In this document: positions 57,417-64,000 of the stretch, one piece after another
Position numbering within the stretch: the stretch's first letter is position 1
Layout: the number at the start of each line of letters is the position of its first letter
Assembly: GCA_965230915.1 (NCBI GenBank)
Contig: OZ246395.1
Location: 792,935 to 856,934 of the forward strand
Reading direction: 5' to 3'
Source: an uncultured Candidatus Saccharibacteria bacterium
GTDB lineage: Bacteria > Patescibacteriota > WWE3 > 2-01-FULL-39-13
DNA: 64,000 nucleotides
Notes under the pieces: model-generated
Database searches by the model: none
What the model was told of the DNA's origin: nothing
Seen by the model: only the letters and a program-made list of their open reading frames with translations
Translations under genes and position numbers: made by a program

Positions 57417-58532
57417 ATGAATGGCTTTGAGGTTGAATTAGGAAAATATTATAGGCAAACCCCTGGAAAGATCATCTTTAACAATGGATCCACGCTGAAT
57501 CAGCTCGCTAATGACATATGGGAAGACCTCGGTTATAAAAATATGGATCCAAGTTCCCTTTCGAGAATACTTAAAGGCGAACGACTTTTTACATTCGAAC
57601 AGCTATCATCATTTTGCAAAATATTAAAACTTACTGATAGCGAATCAAAGCAGCTCCACGAAAAACTAACACTAGAAAAGAATGCCAGACTAAAAATCCC
57701 TATTTTAAAAGATACTCCATATATCGATATTGAGTTCGCGAATAATTATATAAATCAGATACATTCTGTCACGCGTACGGGTAACCCTAAAATTGCAATG
57801 GCCATGTCAGAAAATCTAAACGAGTGGCTTTCACGGAGAATTAATTCCACAGAAACCATTGAATTAATCCTCAAATCAAGCCTCGAAGAATCCATCGCAA
57901 AAAACATCATATTTAAACCAAAAGAATATCTAAAATTCGCAAAGAATAAATCTAACTTCTTATTTAAAATCTCTCATAAAAAGGTTGATAAAAAATATAC
58001 ATCATATATTTATTTTTTACTTGCGATTGCAAATTATATAAATAAAAACCATAAAGCTTCGATTCATAATTATAAAAAGGCTTTAGAATTAATGGAGGAT
58101 CCAAATCTTAGAATCCACTCTCTTAGGGATATCTGTATTGAATACACCAATCTTGGTGAGTTTTCAGAATTCAAAAAGGCTGAGAAGCTTTTATTAGCCG
58201 AAATTGAAAAAGGTCAATTTACAGATATTAATGAAGTTTGCTGTGCATATGAAGGAATCGCAAGATCCGAACGGTTTATGAATGAAAGTAAAGCGACTGC
58301 CTTATTACATAAGGCTAACAAAATTTATGAAGACAAAATAAAAGGGAGTAACAATCTGGAAAGCGTAATTAAAATTCAACTATTAAAATCAGAATCTGAA
58401 ATATACAAAGCGACAAATCCGAATGATAAAAATTTAATAAGAAGGCCTGCACTTCAGGCTCTGGAGGTTTCAAAAGCAAACCAATATGAAAGGTACACTA
58501 AAAACCTAATTGATTTGATTAATTCTATTTAG
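57417..58532 (+). CDS. XRE-type HTH plus TPR-like helical repeat regulator
   Basis: TLNQLA...DPSSLSRILKGER; A...Y.KALE helical repeats. Confidence 0.7.
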   Translation: MNGFEVELGKYYRQTPGKIIFNNGSTLNQLANDIWEDLGYKNMDPSSLSRILKGERLFTFEQLSSFCKILKLTDSESKQLHEKLTLEKNARLKIPILKDTPYIDIEFANNYINQIHSVTRTGNPKIAMAMSENLNEWLSRRINSTETIELILKSSLEESIAKNIIFKPKEYLKFAKNKSNFLFKISHKKVDKKYTSYIYFLLAIANYINKNHKASIHNYKKALELMEDPNLRIHSLRDICIEYTNLGEFSEFKKAEKLLLAEIEKGQFTDINEVCCAYEGIARSERFMNESKATALLHKANKIYEDKIKGSNNLESVIKIQLLKSESEIYKATNPNDKNLIRRPALQALEVSKANQYERYTKNLIDLINSI

Positions 58533-59349
58533 TTGCTGTTAATAGCAAATTGCATGTTTGTTCTCGAAGATCTCTGTTATTTGATCCCCATATCTGATAG
58601 TCAGCATATATGTCCCTTAAATTATCTACTTCTGGGTATTTTGTAATATCAATATTTTGAAACCCAGATGAATGAAGGCTTAATAAATAAGAATCTATAG
58701 ATATTGGATAATAATTTTCGCGTACTTCGTGTTCCCAATTTTCTAAGTAATAACTTTTATGTATAAATTCAAAAATTGAAGTTAAATTTGAGATGTATCT
58801 ATTATTTCCTGTTCGAAAAAATTCGTGGTCAGGCCGAAGTTTGCAAAAATCTCTGAATAAAATATTTTTAATAGGATTATTAATTGTAAGATAACCCAAA
58901 GTCGAATCATTTTTAAATCCGTCACTTATGACTAAACGACCTCCGGGTTTTAATGTGGAATAAATTCGATTAAATAAAACCCCCATGCTGCCAATTCCAC
59001 AAAAAGAAATTATTTCATGCAAAGTAGAGCACATAACTACATTGTCAAAAGTTTCATATGGAAAATTAAATTGCATTAAATCTTCGTTAACGAATGTTGC
59101 ATTTGGAATTCTTTTATCAACTGCAACCTGAAAAAGCTGTTCAGATAATTCAACTCCGACTAAATCGGTAGCGCTTATACTAGATTGTCTGATTTCTTCG
59201 AATAAAGTTCCCGAGGCCGAGCCTAAATCCAGAACGCTTCCGTCTTGAAGATTTGAAACGATTCGGTCACGAAGATAATCGCGATGTTCTTCTGATTCTA
59301 AATAATCATTTATATAGTGTTGTACTTGGTCTTGTGATCTGCCTTCCAT
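58525..59349 (-). CDS. Class I SAM-dependent methyltransferase
   Basis: VLDLGSASG, GVELS, STLHEI, LKPGGRLVISDG. Confidence 0.88.
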   Translation of the reverse strand: MEGRSQDQVQHYINDYLESEEHRDYLRDRIVSNLQDGSVLDLGSASGTLFEEIRQSSISATDLVGVELSEQLFQVAVDKRIPNATFVNEDLMQFNFPYETFDNVVMCSTLHEIISFCGIGSMGVLFNRIYSTLKPGGRLVISDGFKNDSTLGYLTINNPIKNILFRDFCKLRPDHEFFRTGNNRYISNLTSIFEFIHKSYYLENWEHEVRENYYPISIDSYLLSLHSSGFQNIDITKYPEVDNLRDIYADYQIWGSNNRDLREQTCNLLLTATK

Positions 59350-59429
59350 ATTGGAATGAAGGATATATTATTCTAAGGGAAAGTCTTTGACAGTCGTGTC
59401 AATAAAAAAGTGTTCCAAGCTCAGTTTTT

Positions 59430-60680
59430 TTAACGCAACAATAAAGTTGCGAGTCCTAAAAATACCAAAAATCCCAGCACATCGGTCGCGGTCGTAATAA
59501 AAATAGTCGCCGACGAAGCGGGATCTTTACCTATAGATTTCATAACAAGAGGAATAAGCGTTCCAAAAAAGGCTGCAACTAATAAATTAGCTATCATAGC
59601 AACTGCCAGCACCAGTCCAATCATAAAATCACGATTGAGAACCATAACAACAGTAAATACTAATAAACCGTTTATTACACCATTTGCCAAGCCCGAAGTT
59701 AGTTCAGCAAGAAGAGGTTTTAGGAAATTTTGAAAGGTAATCTGCTTAAGAGAAATTCCCCTTACCATTACAGCAAGTGTCTGAGTTGCAGCATTTCCAC
59801 CCATGCCGGCCACAATAGGCATATAAACAGCCAAAAGTACATATTTGTCTAAAGTAGACTGAAACAAACCAACTGTAAAAGAGGCTAAAAAGGCTGTTCC
59901 TAAGTTAATAATTAGCCATTTGTATCGTGATTTGAATTTCAGCCGAGCTGGGTCAGTAATGTCTTCCTCATCTCTAATACCGGCAAAATCATAAAGCGAA
60001 GCGCTTTCCTGCTCTTTAAGGACTTTTAAAACATCATCAGAATATATAATTCCGAGCGCATTACTTTTGTCATCGAGTACTACTAATTTGCTATGTGGAT
60101 GGCTACGGAATTTTTCTATGACTTCGTCACTACTAATTCCATGATGAATAGTTTTGATTGGTTTAATATATTTCCCTATTTTTTCGCTAGGTCTTGCAAA
60201 ACCGAGTTCGTATCCCGGAACGTACCCTGCGACTTTACCTTGAGATAACACAACAATCTCGGGAGGTTTTCCTGTTCGCTTTTCATGAAGCTTAAATTTA
60301 TTAGCGATATCTTCTACCGTTTCATCAACATCGACTTGTATATAATTTAGCGACATTAAGCCGCCGGCAGTTTTTTCATCAAACTTTAAGAGAATTTCAA
60401 TTTCACTTTGTATATTTACTGACATTTCTTTAAGGAGTCGTTCTTGGGTTCTAGAATCGAAAAGTTGAAGGACATCAGTAGCGTCATCAGGATCTAAAGC
60501 TTCTAAAAGAGATATAACCTGATCTTTTGGAAGCCCACGCAGAATCTGATATTGTAATGGCTTTCTTAATTGCAAAAAAACTTCAGTACGTTTGTCTTGG
60601 GGAATATTTAAAAAGATTTGGGAACGCTCATCGCGATTTCGACGGAGTGAGCTAACATATTGAGAAATAACATTATCCAT
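59430..60680 (-). CDS. mgtE: Magnesium transporter MgtE
   Basis: DPDDATD, TAGGLM, CBS pair, WL.INL, PIVAGMGGNAATQ, DPA...FITT.TDV.GF. Confidence 0.95.
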   Translation of the reverse strand: MDNVISQYVSSLRRNRDERSQIFLNIPQDKRTEVFLQLRKPLQYQILRGLPKDQVISLLEALDPDDATDVLQLFDSRTQERLLKEMSVNIQSEIEILLKFDEKTAGGLMSLNYIQVDVDETVEDIANKFKLHEKRTGKPPEIVVLSQGKVAGYVPGYELGFARPSEKIGKYIKPIKTIHHGISSDEVIEKFRSHPHSKLVVLDDKSNALGIIYSDDVLKVLKEQESASLYDFAGIRDEEDITDPARLKFKSRYKWLIINLGTAFLASFTVGLFQSTLDKYVLLAVYMPIVAGMGGNAATQTLAVMVRGISLKQITFQNFLKPLLAELTSGLANGVINGLLVFTVVMVLNRDFMIGLVLAVAMIANLLVAAFFGTLIPLVMKSIGKDPASSATIFITTATDVLGFLVFLGLATLLLR

Positions 60681-60908
60681 AATTATAGCTTTATCAAAGT
60701 AGTGCTGTAGTTAAAATTTTATCAATTTTTAACAAATAAAACATGTATTAATGTATAGATTAAGCAAATTAGAAAATTGACTAGCGTATCGGCTAAGGCT
60801 CACAAGGTTCTCGTTTCAAGTCTACCGTAAATTATTTTGGGGCAAAATACTTTATGATAAACTGCCTATATAGTCACCAAAACAGATAGCCTCCAACTTA
60901 TTTTTATA

Positions 60909-61298
60909 TTGTTGCTTGTTTCGCTTATTGCGCCCCTACTTTTAATTCCAATAGAAAGAGCCTTAAATTATCCTTATATATTGGAGGAATTAGTTAAAAC
61001 CTTTATTGTTTTTTATGTATTAAAAATACCAACAAAACCGCTACAAACTACAATCGCATTATTATCTGGATTTCTGTTCGCATTTTCCGAAAGCATATTC
61101 TATATATCAAATTCTTTTGGCCAGTGGGATATTTCTAGTTTTGCAATTAGGTTTATACTTCCCACGGCTCTGCATATGGCAACCGTATACATAATTTTAG
61201 TATTCGGAAGAATAAGTTCAAAAATTCTGATTTGCGGATTATTCCTTGCTATCATTATCCATTATGGATATAACTATTTTGTATTATCCACATTATGA
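60909..61298 (+). CDS. PrsW-like intramembrane metalloprotease-family protein (short)
   Basis: EELVK, FAFSE..Y, LH, HYGYN motifs; start uncertain. Confidence 0.65.
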   Translation: MLLVSLIAPLLLIPIERALNYPYILEELVKTFIVFYVLKIPTKPLQTTIALLSGFLFAFSESIFYISNSFGQWDISSFAIRFILPTALHMATVYIILVFGRISSKILICGLFLAIIIHYGYNYFVLSTL

Positions 61299-62245
61299 TC
61301 AATAAGAAGACACTAATACTTATAGCTTTGCTCGCTACATCGGTCGGTATTAACATTTATCAATATTTCTATTTCCCAAACAAAACCGACAGCGACACAC
61401 CAAAGAATAATAAACCTATTTATAAACTTATCGACCCAATAAACCAACCAATCATAGATTCAAATATTGATAACCAAACTATTATTCTTCATTTTAACGA
61501 ACTAAAGCCACAAGTAGAAAGCGAGATAGAAAAATACAACGAAAAATCCCACACCGGCATTTTTCTACAAGATATAAAAACGGGCGCATGGCTTGGAATC
61601 AATGAACGGGAAGGCTTCTTTCCTGCAAGCCTTCTTAAAGTCCCAATTATGTTAGCTATACTAAAGAAAGTAGATAGAAATGAAATTACCCTAGAAGACA
61701 CAATAATTCTAGAAGAATCTGATATAGACCAAAATGCCGGGGATCTATATGAAATAGGTGTCGGAGCAGAACTAACCGTCTGGGATCTTATAAAAGCTAT
61801 GATACTTTCTTCTGATAACACGGCTAAAAATGCCCTTAAGCGTCAGCTAACAGAGGCGGAGCTAAACGCCGTTTTCACACATGTAGGTATTCCCAATCCA
61901 TACCTACCCGAAAATGATCAAACTGTGACCCCCCGAGGTTATACACGATTACTAAAGAGCATATATTATGCGTCCTTTCTTTCTCCAGAATTATCCGAAA
62001 AAGCTATGGATATTATGACCGACACCGAAATGGAAAACCTCATATCAGCACGTATTCCCTCAGAAGTTCAAGTCGCACACAAGTTTTCTGAAAGACCTGA
62101 TGGACTTGGTGATTGCGGAATAATTTATCATCCTAAAAACCCATATTTGATTTGTATTTTGACTAAAGAGATGGAAGTTCCAAAAGCGAAAGCTCTAATT
62201 AGCAGCCTTTCTGAAATAGTCTACAATTACGTATCTTCCCAGTAG
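61295..62245 (+). CDS. Class A beta-lactamase-like serine hydrolase
   Basis: ASLLKVP, SDNTA, VAHK. Confidence 0.85.
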   Translation: MINKKTLILIALLATSVGINIYQYFYFPNKTDSDTPKNNKPIYKLIDPINQPIIDSNIDNQTIILHFNELKPQVESEIEKYNEKSHTGIFLQDIKTGAWLGINEREGFFPASLLKVPIMLAILKKVDRNEITLEDTIILEESDIDQNAGDLYEIGVGAELTVWDLIKAMILSSDNTAKNALKRQLTEAELNAVFTHVGIPNPYLPENDQTVTPRGYTRLLKSIYYASFLSPELSEKAMDIMTDTEMENLISARIPSEVQVAHKFSERPDGLGDCGIIYHPKNPYLICILTKEMEVPKAKALISSLSEIVYNYVSSQ

Positions 62246-62247
62246 AA

Positions 62248-64000
62248 TTATTCTGTGGGATTAACGTATTCTTTATAAACCCACCCTTGAACACTATTAG
62301 GCAATAATATTTGAGCCCAATCTCCCTGTTCAAAAATAAGAGGATATTCGGCAGTCACGTACAGCGTTTTTATTATTCTTGAATTTGCGTCACCACTTTC
62401 TCTTATATTTAAACCGGAATCCGAAGGAGGAACAAGCTGAACTTTCTGCATGGTCCCGGAAACACTCTTAAGAGGCGTTACATAGCTCGAAGAAACCCAT
62501 CCTTCGGTTAGGTCTTTAAGAAGAATCTTATACCATCCTGCTTGAACTTCAGAAAACGGATAAGTTTCACCGGGATAAACTTTTGTAATAACATTTCCAC
62601 CTAGTGCGGGCTTATCCCTAACGTTTAGCCATTCAGTAGGAGTCTGCTTAATAAGAAGCAATTTCTGATATTCGGTGTGTGCACCTAAAACAATTGATCT
62701 TTCTTCCGGATCAGTATTTTTTTCAGTTTTGACAATTTCATCTGTAGAATCTTTTGATTCAGTCGACTCCGTAGACTCCCTTAATTCGGCCGAGGCAGTA
62801 GAATCAGACGGTAATGTTTTAGCCATTTCTTGTTCAGTACGTATAATATCTTCTGCTGTCTTTTTGGCTGATTCATTCATTTTTTCAACTTCCATAGCAA
62901 GTTTTTCTTCCGACGTTAATTCTTGAGATTGAGGTGCCTCGTGATCGACAATAATCGAAGAATCCTTTTCATGCGTAAAATAGATCTTCATTATTAAAGC
63001 CGCCCCTGCAATAGACAAAATAGATGTAGAAATAACAAGAATTACCAGTAATGTTTTCTTTGAAACTCCTCTTATACTATTAAAAATTGTGACGAAAGGC
63101 GATAAAACTTTACTAATTATTAATTTGAGAGAACTGATAACAAATACTAATACAGCAGTAAACCTCTTTATTAATCCTGATAGGATAGAGGATATTATAT
63201 GATGAGGCATTGGTGTTGGAATCTCGATTGTTTTTTCAACAAGATTGCTGGCCTGTTTGGACTTACTTGTTTTAACAGTTTTAGCTGTAGAAAGTTTAAG
63301 AACTTTAACTTTCCAAAGTTGATAATAGAATGTCCCAAGGGCACCCATACCAAAAATTAAAACCAAAACGATTCCCCAAGTTGCAAAGGTCTGAATTCCA
63401 CCGACAGATGCTATAAAATTGTTGCTCGCACCGGAATTCATGACAAGGTCTTTCATTCCTAATATATTTGCCTGAACGGCTTTCATATCTTCGACATTCT
63501 CACGATAAGCCATAATATGGTCTTGAGGAGTTGCATTATTGTCTTTCTGTTTTCTTGCAATTTTGTCTAAGCGGGTATTTACATCTGTTTTTAAGGTCAA
63601 GCCTTGTGCAAAATATGGAGTATCCTTTAGACCACTAGACATTTCTTCAGCCTGCTGCTTTAATGATGCAATCTCATCTTCAGAAATCACCCAAATATCT
63701 TTTATCTCAACCGATCTTGAAACCGATTCTCCAACCTGCAATGTAATATCTGCTGTAACATAGTACTGTTCGGTTGTAGTATCGTAATTTAGATCAAGTC
63801 CTCCTAAATCCATAATGTATTCCTGCTTAACTTCTTTAGGCAGAAATGCTTTGAATGGAATCGTTTGCGTAGTTGAGTCAGAAGGATTAACTAGGACGAA
63901 TTTTATTATGACTGAACCCCATTCCATAACAACTTTAACAATCGGCTCGTTAACGGTTTTTTCCAACAATTGACGATTTATATCCGAGACAGCTTGAAGT
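62248..64000 (-). CDS. Membrane protein with two C-terminal bacterial SH3 domains (5' end outside window)
   Basis: LNVRDKP...GWY...GWVS and LNIRESG...W...GWVY; frame open to window edge. Confidence 0.8.
   Translation of the reverse strand, partial: LQAVSDINRQLLEKTVNEPIVKVVMEWGSVIIKFVLVNPSDSTTQTIPFKAFLPKEVKQEYIMDLGGLDLNYDTTTEQYYVTADITLQVGESVSRSVEIKDIWVISEDEIASLKQQAEEMSSGLKDTPYFAQGLTLKTDVNTRLDKIARKQKDNNATPQDHIMAYRENVEDMKAVQANILGMKDLVMNSGASNNFIASVGGIQTFATWGIVLVLIFGMGALGTFYYQLWKVKVLKLSTAKTVKTSKSKQASNLVEKTIEIPTPMPHHIISSILSGLIKRFTAVLVFVISSLKLIISKVLSPFVTIFNSIRGVSKKTLLVILVISTSILSIAGAALIMKIYFTHEKDSSIIVDHEAPQSQELTSEEKLAMEVEKMNESAKKTAEDIIRTEQEMAKTLPSDSTASAELRESTESTESKDSTDEIVKTEKNTDPEERSIVLGAHTEYQKLLLIKQTPTEWLNVRDKPALGGNVITKVYPGETYPFSEVQAGWYKILLKDLTEGWVSSSYVTPLKSVSGTMQKVQLVPPSDSGLNIRESGDANSRIIKTLYVTAEYPLIFEQGDWAQILLPNSVQGWVYKEYVNPTE

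Noticed and set aside
61295-62245. Antibiotic-resistance beta-lactamase
   Set aside because: The KTG motif reads KFS and no omega-loop ExxLN in the expected position was recognised; treated as a generic serine hydrolase.

Overview
A 64 kb AT-rich bacterial chromosome segment. Gene content (mraY-secF-secD, comM, mltG, DUF3048, several GT-C glycosyltransferases, archaeal-type aspS, LPxTG-like proteins) points to a Patescibacteria/CPR organism, probably Microgenomates/WWE3-like; this is an inference. No rRNA, tRNA, CRISPR array, integrase or transposase was found. Many native genes look leaderless, with a -10 box 6-8 nt before the ATG and no Shine-Dalgarno (SD). The main observation is a dispersed class of about 13 transcription units that break this pattern. 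The longer ORFs in the class are visibly GC-richer (single-line spot counts 55% vs 35%), while their promoters are AT-rich sigma70 type. Most units have a purine-rich SD, five of them with an exact GTATGAAG just upstream. Almost all end in a 40-100 nt imperfect hairpin, and in about eight the 5' leader is complementary to the sequence at or just after the stop codon. Several encode PKD-like or PT-rich exported proteins ending in a Chloroflexota-style LYLPxV-type tail. Hypothesis (untested): these are end-closed mRNAs of an epibiont, tuned for expression or sorting in a GC-richer host. A compact T-box leader upstream of aspS and a recurring promoter-associated CCTATAG motif were also seen.
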